From Podospora anserina (Eukaryota): a stretch of DNA of 64,000 nucleotides. The notes under the pieces were generated by a model. The model ran no database searches. It was given only the letters and a program-made list of their open reading frames with translations, and had not been told where the DNA came from. The stretch spans positions 744,001 through 808,000 of the forward strand of contig CM030333.1 of the NCBI GenBank assembly GCA_017654855.1, given 5' to 3'. Of this stretch, positions 50,087 through 62,385 are shown piece after piece (the first letter of the stretch is position 1; each line of letters begins with the position of its first letter). The position numbers and the translations under genes are program-made.

Positions 50087-50509
50087 TGTGACGAACCCCT
50101 GTACAGAACCTCTGAAAGGGATACTCGGTTGAAGGCTTCTTCTGACAATTGGTTCGGTGCAGCTAAACAGTGCACAACAAGATGTCTCAATGTAAACACA
50201 AGATACCGTGAATACAAGCTGTGATTGCATACTGCGGAACTATCTACAAGCTATCTAGTTCCTCCGTATATATAGACCATAAATCCCTAAGTACCTTCGT
50301 ACCTGGATCACTCTCGCTCACCAGCGACCCGTGGTGATCCCTCAGAACTCACCGCGCTCACCTGGTGAGCGTGGTGATCCGGCTCACCTTTGCCAAGCAG
50401 TGAGCCTTGTCCTACCCTGCAGCCCTGCCGCCGTGTCTTCTTCCTCTGATTGGCAGGCATGGCCAGCTGCAGTCTCCACCTGGCCTTGCTATATGGTTGG
50501 TTTGTGACA
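50087..50509 (+). mobile_element. Solo LTR (423 bp), resembling the Podospora crapaud/repa type
   Basis: TG...CA ends and a perfect 5-bp TSD CATAG. The first ~190 bp are homologous to three other copies. The family name is from recollection, not a search. Confidence 0.9.
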
Positions 50510-50988
50510 CATAGATATTTGGGAGAGCGAGCAGGCCTACTACACTTTACTTTTCTTTTTTTCTTGATCTCACAATTACTTTAGCTACGGAATACTATAT
50601 TGGCCTTGACTTGTAAGACCTCAGCTTCGTGACAATTGTTCTTATATCTTGCGTTGCGCCTCAACGCTTTGTTTTTTTTTTTGGTTTTTTTGTTGGAGAG
50701 AAAACTTCCTTATTATAATCCAAGCTTTGTTTCTACTAATCCAAGCATATTATATCCAAAAGCTATCCTCAACACGCTAGGACAAAAGGGATAAAAAAGC
50801 TCAAATTATCGACATAGAAAGTTTGGATTATAGACGGCAAAAGCTGAGACTAAATTTGGATCACTGTTAAAAGAGCTTGGATTGAGTACTAAAATTCTAA
50901 AGCAAAAAGTCCCCTGCAGTGTGTAACATGTATAAAAGCGAAAGATGCGTGCGGTGTGGTGTGTAGCATACATCAAAAGCAAAAGATA

Positions 50989-51107
50989 GGGGCCACCCGG
51001 GGATTGAACCCGGGACCTCTCGCAAGCTAATATTCTGAGAAGAATTTTCACTTTGTAAACATCAGGGTGAGCCCTAAGCGAGAATCATACCACTAGACCA
51101 GCGGCCC
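50989..51107 (-). tRNA. tRNA-Pro(AGG) with a 47-nt intron
   Basis: GGGCCGC/GTGGCCC acceptor stem, TGGTCTAGTGG D arm, CTCGC-TT-AGG-G anticodon, intron after position 37, GGTTCAATCC T arm. Confidence 0.92.
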
Positions 51108-51291
51108 TGTTTTCACATCATTTCAGATGTGGATGTCTCTCGGTGGCAGAAGCTCCAGCTAAGTAGCGCCACCCTGCCAGCTCCGTTTCCCGGCATGATT
51201 CAACTCCTAACCCCAATTCATAACCCCAACTATTCACCACGGTGATACCTTCCAGCTTTGGCGTCAATGGATGCAAAATATGGTGTGAGGT

Positions 51292-52811
51292 TTACAAATC
51301 CTTTGTGTCTTCGTCTGCAGGGGGGTCAATGTCGAGGACGCTCAGGGGGCTGTTATGCATCAGTCAAACATCCACATAAAGGCAAAAAATAGCAAACCTA
51401 CCCCTTCTTGACCATGATACTCATAATCTCAAATAGCGCATCCGCAGCCGCCATCGTGGTGTGCTCAGCGTTGGTATCATAGGCGGGCTGTTATCACACC
51501 CCCTTGTCAGCCATCATCATCTCTCCCTAACCCGCCCTTTCACCACAGCCGTATCAAGAAGGAACTCACAGCAACCTCAACAATATCCGCCCCCACCAAA
51601 TTCACCCCCTCCAACCCCCTCAAAATAGTCCTCAACTCCCTCGTGCTCCAACCCCCCGTCTCGGGCGTGCCCGTGGCAGGCGCAAAAGCCGGATCAAGCG
51701 TATCAATATCCAGGCTCAAATAAACAGGGTTCTTCGTCCCGACCCGTTCCCTTATCTTCTTGATGATTCCCTCCGTCCCTATAGTGTCAATCTCCCTCGC
51801 CTCCACAATCTCGAAGCCGCAATAGCCATCGTTCTCATAATCACTCGGCCCCGAAAGAGTTGTGCGGATTCCCGCGTGGATGTTTGTGTCGTTTCGCAAA
51901 AGGCCCTCCTGTGCCGCGTGGTAGAAATACGTTCCGTGGTTGATGGAGGCCGTTTCCGAAGGCGAGCCGCCGAATACCTTTGGCTTCCAGGTGTCGAGGT
52001 GGGAGTCAAAGTGGATGACTGTCACGGGGCCGTAGGCGCGATTGATAGAACGTAAAAGGGGGAGTGTGATGGTGTGGTCGCCTCCAAGGGTGATCACTCT
52101 CGGGAGGGTCTTGCCTTTGAGGGAGGGGCCGGGTTTGGTGGCGTCCGTGGTTGGGGGGCGGGAGAGGATGGAGAAGTGGCCGTTTTCAATTTGGTGGAGG
52201 GCGTAGGTGTTGTCGTAGGATGTCACCGGGATGTCGCCGCAGTCTATGACTTTGGCCCAGGAGTTGAAGGGGTTTGTGTCGAGGGGGACGTTGTAGCCGC
52301 CGCTAGAAGGGGGCCGTCAGTCGGTGTGGATGGTAGAGGTGAGGAGGGTTACACATACTAGAGGTTGAGCCTTCTTGAACCCTGCCGGATGCCGGAGGGG
52401 CCGAACCTAGCGCCGGGACGGTAGGACGTGCCCGTGTCGAAGGGAGCGCCTTGTTTATTTATGCTTATTAGCCTGGCTGCCTGACGTTGTGTATGCAGGC
52501 GGTTGATTGTTGTGTAACAGACGTACCAATGAAAGCGATGTCATAGTCAATGTCCTTGTGAAAGAGACAAGGAAGATAAGGAAGGCGCCCAAAGGTTGAG
52601 ATGCCAGAGAAGACAGAGTCCGCCTGTGAGCTGTGTTAGCCAACAAGACATGGAAGATCTCTAGATGACTGACCTGAGTCCCTCCATCGCCTGGCAAGGT
52701 GTTGTACCACAGAGATTTGTGAGGCCCGGCCATGTTCTTTTGATGCTCATGGTCACCATGTGCCAGAACGGCAGCTGTAAGCCACAGGGCGAGCAGACCC
52801 TGAGTTGCCAT
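51292..52811 (-). CDS. Agmatinase/guanidinobutyrase (arginase family) with signal peptide, multi-exon
   Basis: GAPFDTGTSYRPGARFGP, LGGDHTIT, HFDSHLD, SLDIDTLDPAFAPATGTPETGG and ADIVEVA. About five introns; the last exon ends KDL*. Confidence 0.9.
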
Positions 52812-55132
52812 AATGTCGATTTGTGAGTTCCGATGTGTGATGTTGATACAGACACCAGAGCAGCGAAAATATGGCCAAGGCATCACTCCTTTTATGGTCC
52901 AGCGCACCTTTCCCCTCGGCCTGGGACTCTGCGAGCCATCGACCAACAGTCGTCACCACTTGCAGCAGCCCAATTCCCTTGAAGCACATCTCCGGCCTTA
53001 TCACAGATAATGACATGCCTCAAACTCCCCCAAGCCCATTTCACTGGACGTCCTTCCACGAACCACCACTGCATGTCATCTCAACGGTTCTCGTTAGGTA
53101 ACGGTCGTTCCATCATCTCAGTGGAAGCATCACGTCCCATCTCATGCGGGAGCGACAGGAGAGATAAAGCAGAGCGTGTAGAGCATGTTCCCGACTGGGA
53201 CTGCAGAAGACAGTACACCAATTATAAGGCTTTATGCGATGCTGCAATGGCAAGCTCGTCGAATTCTCGGAATCCCACACTCTGGACGTTGGATAATTCG
53301 ACCACTAATGGAATCTCTTTTACTTGAAGCGATCGAGACCCGGGAATGCGGGGCTACCGTTCCAGTGCGAATGACATCAACGGTCTGGAGCGGGGGAACT
53401 GGTCCATGGGGGATTGGAGATAGATAGCCGTTGGGAGTGGGATGTTGCTATCTCGGAGACGTATGTATGTATAAGTGCAGATGCCCCCTTTGGTGGCGAT
53501 GTGGTCATTGGTCTTTATTTCTCATACATTCGGTGGCACGCAGGTCCTATTCGCTGCTCAGATATGGTGACATTTGATCGAGGAGATAAGAGCGAGTTAT
53601 GGAATTGTGTGAGTTTTGAATTTCTTACAAATTTATTTCCGAGTCGGAGATATGTGGTCACCTCCTCATTCAAACATATAATAGAGCCCATGGACAGCTT
53701 TGTCTCGACTCCCGATCTTGTCTCCCCATCCACACACTTGTGTTACGATGCGGGATCCCCCCCTTGTGGTCGACGGAAGAAAGAATATCTGAAAGGACCC
53801 TGCACTCAAAGACGTTTCAAGCCCAACACGTGGTTCCCGAGACATGGAGCAAAAGAAGGCCATTGTTGTCCAGGGATGACACTTGTTGAACCCAGGAAAC
53901 GGCCGAAGGCAAAGAGTACGAGAAGAAGAAAGAGAAGGAGAAGGAGAAAACAACCGCCGGGCTGACTTGGGCTGGAACGGCTGGTGAGGTCACCGTCTTC
54001 ACCATGGTTGAGGCGATCTCATTCGTCCCGTTCATCCTGCGGCCAGTGGGACCACCTCCGGTGCGTAGGGCAGTTTCTTGCGCTGATTCGGCCGGTGCCC
54101 TGATTTCGCTGCAGAGTGGGCGGGGCCGTGAGCCGGCTCCTGAAAAAGCGCAGCTAAAAACGACTGATGCAGCAGCCGGTCGTGTCCCACATCAGAAGCT
54201 GCCGTGCTGCGGCAGGACAGCGCAACGGATGGCCACTGGATAGCACTGCGTTTCTGCCTGCCCGGATCCGCTTTGGGAGAGGCCATTTCATGCATTGATA
54301 AGGATACGTGGACGTTGTTGCTGGATATTGGGCAGAGCCAGAGAGAACCAACAATGGAAATGGACAATGCAATTCTAGCTGAACGAGATGCAAATCGTCA
54401 TCGAGGTCGAGACAAGACTTCCAGACTGGGCGGGGAGTGGAGCTCTTGTTCTCCTTGTTCCCCGCCGTGGGAAAGGCTTGGCAGGGAAGTTAGGGATTCT
54501 CAGCGCGGGCTCAAGCTAGGGGTACCCTCCTCTCGTTCCCAGCCCGCCTATTTTGAGGTGCATCAAAGACCGGGCCAATCACAAGAAAACCCCTCGAACA
54601 GGACAGTTGAATGGGGATGGACCAAATGGACTTGGAAGAAGATGCTCTTCCTCAGCGTGCATTTACATTGCATTTCCCTCCATTCATCACTCTCTCTTTC
54701 TAGACAGACACTATCGGGCACGCGCTGCTTCCCCCGGTCCCGCCCTTGATCATATGCTCCGCCCAGGTGTCCCTCCTTCTCACTCACGCTGTGTCTCGAG
54801 GTGATTCGCTCTTTGCGTGAACAAGGAAGGTCCCGAACCTGCCACTTGTCGATGTCTCACACAGGTCGCTGCCATCTGCCTCTATCCAGGACGCTGTCCT
54901 CCGGCCGCAACTTTCCTTCTGTGATACCTCGCCCAGCAGCTTCGCCGAGAGGAACCCTGCGTGGCGCATTCTTTTTCCAACAGTGAAATCACTCGCCGCC
55001 ACCGCAGCACATTTCCAACAACGACGTAAGCAAATCATCAAACATGATGCCAATCTCTCTCCTTTGACTCTTTCTTCCAACAACTCGTTCACCCCTCCAG
55101 ACCATCGCCGGACAAGCCGCCTTTCTTCTCCG

Positions 55133-58100
55133 ATGACGGTAGACGGCCGGGGACCTGCGCTCCCCGTTATGGGTTTGTCCCAGGTTGACCAGGCTTTTGG
55201 CTTGGAAGCGGACCGCCTCAAAAACCAGCCGCGCATGTTCAAGAGGCACAAGGTTCTGCCACACCCACGCAAAGAGGCCGTTGTGGGAGTAACGAACTTG
55301 CAAGTTCAACGGTCGCGATCGCGTTCCGGGCCGGAAAAGCATGTCGAGACTGAACCTCCGCTGTCACAAACCGTTATCTCCCCGGCGAGTCGACGACCTC
55401 GTCAGCAAGGGCTCCACGTACCAAGACAGCGACGAGGAAGGGGTCCTGAACCGCCACCAACGCCGCCAGCGCATTCACGAACCTCGTCGACGAGCCATCC
55501 CGTTGACCCGTCCAGCGACGAGCCGGATGACGCTGAAAGCCCGGCGCAAAGCATAGAGACGGTCCAGCCGCAGTCTCCAGCTACCCCTCCTAATCCACAG
55601 ACACCTCTCACGCCCGAAATAACACCCCCAGGTCCGGCTGAGTCTCAGCTCAGGGCACGACCTCCGCTTTATGATCGACTCCAGTCGAAAATCACCACCG
55701 AGTCGAGCTTCCAGTCGTATAGAACCGCGCCAGAGGTTCCTCTGACGTCTCCTGATGAGGAGGACGGCGGGTCATCGCTCCTGAGACCGGTGCTCTCATC
55801 AGCCCAGACATCTCGGAGCACTGTCAGGCAGTTGAAGGCGGATGGGAAAGAGAAGGTTCAGCCCGTGGGCTTGGGGCTTGGGCTCGAGTCGGGTGAGAAG
55901 GAAGCCGAGGCTCCAAATAAAACCAGGGAATTTGAGAAATTTGATGGAGGGTGGACATGCGAGAATGGTGAGGTGGCAGAGGAATGGAACGCAACTCGCA
56001 TGAGGAATGTGTCGATAAGAAAGCGAAAGGTATCAGCGCAAAAAATGGAGGATCACAACAACAACGAGGTCCTTGAGGACTCGACTGTGTCTGCAACAAA
56101 CGCCACCAAAGCGCTGCGCTCTGTGTCGCTACAGGACAGCCCGACGACCTATCCTGCACGCAGAGTCGTCTCAGATCGGGTGCCGAATCGAGGACCGCCG
56201 TCCATGTCCGAATCTTCGATAGGCTCTGACGCCAAGCGCTCCTCCATCATGTCCAATAGGTCGACAACTTCGACTGTGGTCGACCACCCCGATGCAGCCC
56301 CTCGGCGGCGGAAGACGCTACGACACATGAAGAAGCAGATTGACTTGCGCGACTCCAGCTCCGAGCTTTCACCTGCCAGTTCAGCGCCTACATCTACGTC
56401 GGCAGCCGTGGAAGAACCACGTAGGGGGCCTCTGCCAGCTTCGAGACTAGGAGACACTGGGCGAGATAGCCATGCGTCTATGGCTACTTTGAGCTCAATT
56501 TCGAGTCACAAAGCTCGGCGAGAGGCCTGGAAAGCGGGCGCGATTGCGGTTGCCATTGTGCCCGAACGTCGATCGTCGATCAAGTCCAACAAGTCCAACA
56601 CTGCAAGAACCCCGTCTTTGAGGTCAACAAGCACGAGGCGATCCCAGCGAAGCCAGAGTCTCAGCTCTGCACCGCAATCACGTACATCCAAGAGCGTTGA
56701 GCGAGTTCCTATCTTTGATCGACCACAACGCCGAGGTAGAGCCCACTCCGAATCAGATGGAGGTAGAAGTGCTGGAGATGAGCGGACGATCGATTTTCCT
56801 CCTGTGATACCGAAGCGGTCGTCTTCTCTCTCGGCCCCTACGAGTAGGAATGCTTCTAGAAGTGGCTCGCTTACGGCAGAGAGCCTCAAGGCGCACAACG
56901 CCATCCAGGCACAGCATCAAGAACTGCAAAAGGCTAGCCGGGAGCTCAATAAGCTTGTAAACCAGCACGCGGAGAGTAATGAGAGGGTCAGAGAGCAAAG
57001 GGTGGGGCTGCAACATCCCCCTGAGCTGAAGATTGTCACCAAGTCTCCGCAGCCCGAAGTCACAATCCAGCAGGTTCTGCCGGAACAGCGTGCTGAGAGT
57101 AGAAAGACTGTGTCAAGCCCAGACCGCGAAGGGGATGACCATCACCTTTCCGTGGATCGGTACGGTGACCCGTTGTTTGGAAAGCGGCTCTCTGCCCAGA
57201 ACACCCCCTTTTCTATCGCTTCAGTCGAGACGGCGGGCACTTCTCACGCTGAAGTCTCGGAGGCCATGGCGGTTAATATCTACCCGCACCAGAGCAAGTC
57301 TGTCGTGCTGGTCGACCACTCAGCCAAGCCTTCCGAGAGCTCCTCGCTCGAGAATCCTGTCATAATCGCAGAACCAGCCACACCACCCCAGAGGCGGTTT
57401 TCTTTTGAAGAAGTCGTCGACTCACCGTTGCGAAACCCGCGAGCCCCTCCCGAGCCACCTCGTCCGCCAGTCATCAACTTCATCCCGGCTACTCCCTCGG
57501 GCTTGACGCCCATGACGGAAAGGCAGAAGATGCTGGGGAACTACTTTGAGGTGAATGGTGAGGGTGAAAAGCCAAAGCGTAGCCAGTCGCTGCTTCGGCG
57601 TGCCTTGACTGGGGGGCGGAAGAAGCCGGTTGGTGATCAGTATGGTCCTTCACCGTCCCGTCCAGGGTTGATAACTAGGACTTTCTCCCTTGGCCGTCAT
57701 GAATCCAAACCGCAGCGGCCGGGTCTCAAGCGCCGCCGTAGTACGGATGATCATCCCAGGGATGAGCACCTTCTCCACCCCTTTTGGCGACCTGCCTACG
57801 CGGAAGACTCGATGTCCGATTCTGAATCCGACCCAGACGAAGACTATTATGAGGAGAGGGGAAGAAGGTACAAGTACCCGCTTATTGACAACCGCCCTGG
57901 TGGTGCTCCTGCTAGAAGAAGGAGTTTGAGCCAGCGTCTCAAGCGGACGTTTGCGATTTTGCCGGTGCAGGATAAACACCAGGATGATGGGTACGAGGAT
58001 GATTACTATGCTGTTGCTGCCGGGTCGGGGCCAAATGGCGAGGTTGACCGGAGAACGATTAGGAGGACGCCATCGGGGAATCTGAGGGTTATGCGCTTTC

Positions 58101-58531
58101 GGAAGTCGTTGGAGTCGCTTAGGCCGGTGACGGCGCCGGAACAGCAGCAGCAGGTGTCGAGGCCGCCGGTTACACGGATTGGGAGGCCGCTGCAGGGGTT
58201 GGTGAGACGGTTGTCGAGGGGACGGTCACAGGAGAGGCCGGTGGGGATCGGGGTTGGATCATCATTGGTGGGTGGGAGTGCTGGGGAGGAGAAGGGGGGC
58301 TGGGTGGATAGGATGAATTTGGGGAGGAGGTTGAGCGAGAAGCGGAGGGAGAAAAGGACGGAGGAGTTGAGGAAGATGATTTCGAGGCCGAGGGAGGTGA
58401 GGGATGGGGTGGGGGATGTGATTAGACGGATGAGTTGGGTTGAGGAGCAGAGGGAGAGGGAGAGGGGGGGTGGTTGTGGGATGGGGATGGGGGGGGATAA
58501 GGGGAGGGCGGGAAGGATGACGACTTATTGA
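55133..58531 (+). CDS. Large disordered Ser/Arg/Pro-rich hypothetical protein (~1130 aa)
   Basis: 3.4-kb ORF with first ATG at 55133. It has motif-like islands (VSEAMAVNIYPH, FIPATP, LHPFWRP, IRRTPSGNLRV). Confidence 0.8.
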   Translation: MTVDGRGPALPVMGLSQVDQAFGLEADRLKNQPRMFKRHKVLPHPRKEAVVGVTNLQVQRSRSRSGPEKHVETEPPLSQTVISPASRRPRQQGLHVPRQRRGRGPEPPPTPPAHSRTSSTSHPVDPSSDEPDDAESPAQSIETVQPQSPATPPNPQTPLTPEITPPGPAESQLRARPPLYDRLQSKITTESSFQSYRTAPEVPLTSPDEEDGGSSLLRPVLSSAQTSRSTVRQLKADGKEKVQPVGLGLGLESGEKEAEAPNKTREFEKFDGGWTCENGEVAEEWNATRMRNVSIRKRKVSAQKMEDHNNNEVLEDSTVSATNATKALRSVSLQDSPTTYPARRVVSDRVPNRGPPSMSESSIGSDAKRSSIMSNRSTTSTVVDHPDAAPRRRKTLRHMKKQIDLRDSSSELSPASSAPTSTSAAVEEPRRGPLPASRLGDTGRDSHASMATLSSISSHKARREAWKAGAIAVAIVPERRSSIKSNKSNTARTPSLRSTSTRRSQRSQSLSSAPQSRTSKSVERVPIFDRPQRRGRAHSESDGGRSAGDERTIDFPPVIPKRSSSLSAPTSRNASRSGSLTAESLKAHNAIQAQHQELQKASRELNKLVNQHAESNERVREQRVGLQHPPELKIVTKSPQPEVTIQQVLPEQRAESRKTVSSPDREGDDHHLSVDRYGDPLFGKRLSAQNTPFSIASVETAGTSHAEVSEAMAVNIYPHQSKSVVLVDHSAKPSESSSLENPVIIAEPATPPQRRFSFEEVVDSPLRNPRAPPEPPRPPVINFIPATPSGLTPMTERQKMLGNYFEVNGEGEKPKRSQSLLRRALTGGRKKPVGDQYGPSPSRPGLITRTFSLGRHESKPQRPGLKRRRSTDDHPRDEHLLHPFWRPAYAEDSMSDSESDPDEDYYEERGRRYKYPLIDNRPGGAPARRRSLSQRLKRTFAILPVQDKHQDDGYEDDYYAVAAGSGPNGEVDRRTIRRTPSGNLRVMRFRKSLESLRPVTAPEQQQQVSRPPVTRIGRPLQGLVRRLSRGRSQERPVGIGVGSSLVGGSAGEEKGGWVDRMNLGRRLSEKRREKRTEELRKMISRPREVRDGVGDVIRRMSWVEEQRERERGGGCGMGMGGDKGRAGRMTTY

Positions 58532-59261
58532 TTATGGGTATATGAATGCATGAGTTTGGGTTGGAATTTCATGGAGGGATGTAGGTCAGGGAAGAGGGCA
58601 TGTATGTGATTATGATGTTTACGTTTTTTTTTGTTTTGGGAGCGTCTGTTGGGAGATATGGGTATTGTGGTGTGGGTGTGGGAAAGGGTATGTGATGAAT
58701 ATATGAGATATGACTGGGTGTGATGTCTTTTTTTTTTCTCTTTGTTATTCTTTTAGGGGGGTGTTGATATGTCAGATTATGTAGGTGGTTAGCTTTTGAA
58801 GTGTTTGGCGGCGTTAGCGATAAGACTTGGGTTTTGGGAGGTGTGGGTTATGAAAAATGCAAGTTTTTGGTACTCTTTTATGAAGACTTTTGATATGTAG
58901 TGTGAGGTTGAATGAGCTTAAGTAGGACAGGTATGATGTGCTATTTATGCTATATCCTCACTTGCTCTTGCTCTTCTCTCCCCTTCGCAGCTGGGCACTC
59001 CTTTTCTTATTTACCCATCAGCGATGTCATCACCTTCGCACATCACCATCATCAGCACCTTCGCTTATACCTAATTTATTTGCATCCCAGATATGCCATA
59101 TACACTACCTACGGTATTCTATATACTTTAATCATCTAAACACTATAACTATGCCGCTTAGAACCGTAGTTGATTGTTTTAAGACGAAGAGCAGCGCTCT
59201 GGGGCACTAAATCTTTTATCCAAGCATATAGTGTTAAGAGTAATGACATTCAACCTATGAG

Positions 59262-59360
59262 TCTGAGCTTGAAATAGATAGTAAAAGTTGGGATCATTGT
59301 TAAATCTGAGATTGAAATGGATAGTAAAAGTTGGGATTAACGTTAAATCTGAGCTTTAAA
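59262..59360 (+). repeat. 43-bp tandem repeat (2.3 copies), member of a dispersed AT-rich family
   Basis: TCTGAGCTTGAAATAGATAGTAAAAGTTGGGATCATTGTTAAA, then a near copy at 59305-59347 and a partial copy from 59348. Confidence 0.85.
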
Positions 59361-61091
59361 TACCTTAGAATACTTGCTCTATATATATCTCTTTATTACT
59401 CTTTATGCGCATCCATATATAACACTCTTTGTGCATTTCTATATGTAATACCCTTAATGAATCTCTACATATAGCCCTGAAAACACATTGCTCTTGTTCT
59501 CTCTTTCGTAGACCGAGTGCTCTTTTTCTGCTTCACACATCTACATCACCACTTTTAGGTCCTAACCAAATTAGCACCTTCGCCTATACTTTATTGCGTC
59601 CTATATATACCGATGCCACATGGCCTCCATGCGGATGAGGCTCTTACTAACCCTTACATTGAACTACTATCTGCGGTAGTTCTTATTGTCCACATGGGAG
59701 CGTGGCATGAAAGACTATTAAATAAATAGCTTTACCCCTTGAATTTTTCCACATGGAGTTCTTCTACTTTTTCCTCACGCATCACTAATATCATTACCTT
59801 GTCCATGCTTTTATACATCTCATATATATACCTATATAATATATACCAGGTGCCATGTGCCATGGCCTCCATGTAGGTGAGGCTCTTAATCCGAGCTCAC
59901 TTGCTATAACAACGACGTCTATAATGATAATAACGACAATAGATACCACAGTTACAATCACCACTTACTACAGCAACGGCAACGGTAGACACTGCATTTA
60001 TAATACCTACTCTCGTCTCGGCTTAACTGCCTCGCTCTTCGTCTTCTGTTCGTCACCCCTTTTCTCCGCACATAAGTAGCACAACACTCCATCATTTTCG
60101 CACAAACCTGCTTTAAAGCATGAGACGCAGCCGTCCTCTTCTTGCTCGTCCATCATTAGATACTAGAGCTCACCGTCTTGCTCTTCTTTTACCCCTTACA
60201 CCTTGAGACACGGCCGTCTTCGTCTCTCTCGCCCATCACCATCTTCCTCGCCCATCTACCACCACCATCACAGTCTTGGGTAGGCAGGTTACTCGTCGTA
60301 GATATGTTGAGCGCCTTGCTGTTCCTCTTCCTGTTATAGCATCGCCCCATTATTTCATCTTCCCTTCATAGTATCTTCTTTTTATAGCAGAGTGACATGG
60401 TCCTACTTCCTCGCTCACCACCAAGATCAACACTTTTACCAACCCTTCATTCTGCCCTACATATAGACCATGTACCACTAGAAGGTAAGAGTGGGGAGCT
60501 TTGCTTTAGAGATAAAGGGGTAAGGGGAGGGGGGTGGGGTTTTAGCTACCTAAAAGTTCCTCTAAAGCCGAAGCAATCAGGCTTAAAAAGACCGTTTTAG
60601 AAAGTCCTTATAGCCTTTTGCTCCACTTTATTTTGACCATATAAAGAAGATAAACTAAGATCCAAAAATGTCTGGTGAATATCATAGTTTGAGAAGGACG
60701 TTTAAAATCAATCGTAGATAATAAGAGTTGCAAGGTCTAACATCACACTAGAGATACCCTATAGATGTGGTTTGAAAGTGTTGCCTCGTGCTATTAGCCT
60801 TTCCCGGGTCGAACGTAAGCTACGGATAACATAGAATGAAAGAATGCTTGGAACTTTCTAATTAGGCCTTCGAGGAAATATAACTACCAGCGACAACTGG
60901 ACAAGCTAGTAGACACAGGAAAATTATCATGCTCCAGTGTGTCTTTGCTGACCCATGTGTGGGCTTAACAGAAAGGCAGGATCAGGTGAATACTGATATG
61001 AGAAGTCACCGTAGCATTCCAAATAATGGGTGCAATGATGATGAATTGTCTGGAAGAGCTAGGGCAACGGGAGAGTTATATATGTACGGTG

Positions 61092-61124
61092 TTTGCCAGT
61101 GCTTTGCCAGTGCCTTGCCAGTGT
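61092..61124 (+). repeat. 11-bp tandem repeat (YTTGCCAGTGY)x3
   Basis: Directly visible, ~70 bp upstream of a solo LTR. Confidence 0.75.
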
Positions 61125-61195
61125 CCTAACAAATGCTGGGAGCAATCACACTACCGCTATAGCAATTGGAAGCCCTATTAATCGTTTTGAGACGA

Positions 61196-61536
61196 TGTAA
61201 CGAACCCCTATCCAGTACCTCTGAAAAGGATACTGGTTGAAGGCACTTCTGAACAATCCTGGTTCGGTACAGCTAAACAGTGTACAACAAATGGCTTGTC
61301 TCAATTACAATAGCTAAGATACCACGATTGTGACTTGTAATTGCATACTGCGGAACTGTCTATCTATACTAGCTAGTTCCTCCGTATATATAGACCTAGT
61401 AGTCTCCTGGATCATTAACTCTTGATAATGATCCCACAGACGAGGCTACTCCCGTCCTGATTGGTTCTACTAGCGATTGGCTGTGCGTGTCGTACCCCGC
61501 ACACGGTCCGTCTTGCCTGTTAGCTTAACCGTGACA
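61196..61536 (+). mobile_element. Solo LTR (341 bp), same family, more diverged
   Basis: TGTAACGAACCCC...CCGTGACA. The TSD GACGA/GACGG has one transition. Conserved 5' half up to TATATAGACC. Confidence 0.85.
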
Positions 61537-61987
61537 GACGGCTAGTCTTTTACATGCTAGATAAAGCAGCTTTCTTAAACGCTTAATATTTTATCCGAGC
61601 AATTAATGTCGATAATCTAAGCTTAGAATAGACAATAAAAGTTGGGATTAACTTTTAAGAAGACAGAGAAAATCTCATGAAAACGTTATTTTATAACGCT
61701 AATATCCAATGTTAATTATTTCGACAGTTAAGAGCTTTCGAGCTGGAAAAGCATTAGCTGCATAAACTTTTAATATAGTGCAAAGCTAGATACGAGCATA
61801 TCCAACTCCAAAAAAAAAACTTATTTTACAACGCGCGAAGTCTCTAACGTTAGTTTTTTTCATAATTAGAAGCATACTGTAATATTGTCTTTACAGAGCC
61901 TCGCAGTTATGTATCTGTCACGCGGCTGCCTTCAAACGTCAAGTAACGCTGACTGCGTAGCTGAACCTTTAGCATAAACTATTAATC

Positions 61988-62385
61988 TGTTACGAATATA
62001 ATGTGGACACCCGCAAAGAACAACTAATAGGGAAGAGGAGGCACGGCAGCCAATCAAGAGAAAGGAGGATGGACCAGTAAGAGGTGGATCATCCGGGATA
62101 TGAAGGAATTATGAGCGATTCCCAGGAATCACTCATGATCCTTAGGAGTTGGTTATAATCCGGGGAGAAACAAAATGATCCAGGCTTAGCATTAGGTCTA
62201 TATATACAGAGGAACTAGATAGCTTGCAAATAGTTCCGCAGTATGCAATTCACAATTATATTCACGGTATCTTGTGTTTACATTAAGACATCTTATTGTG
62301 CACTATTTAGCTGCACTAAACCAATTGTCAGAAGTTACCTTTAACCTGTATCCCTTTCAGAGGTTTTGTACAGGGGTTCGTCACA
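61988..62385 (-). mobile_element. Solo LTR (~398 bp), same family, reverse orientation, no TSD
   Basis: The minus strand starts TGTGACGAACCCCTGTAC and matches the other copies to the TATA box. The probable end is CGTAACA at 61988; an alternative is CGTGACA at 61916. Confidence 0.8.
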
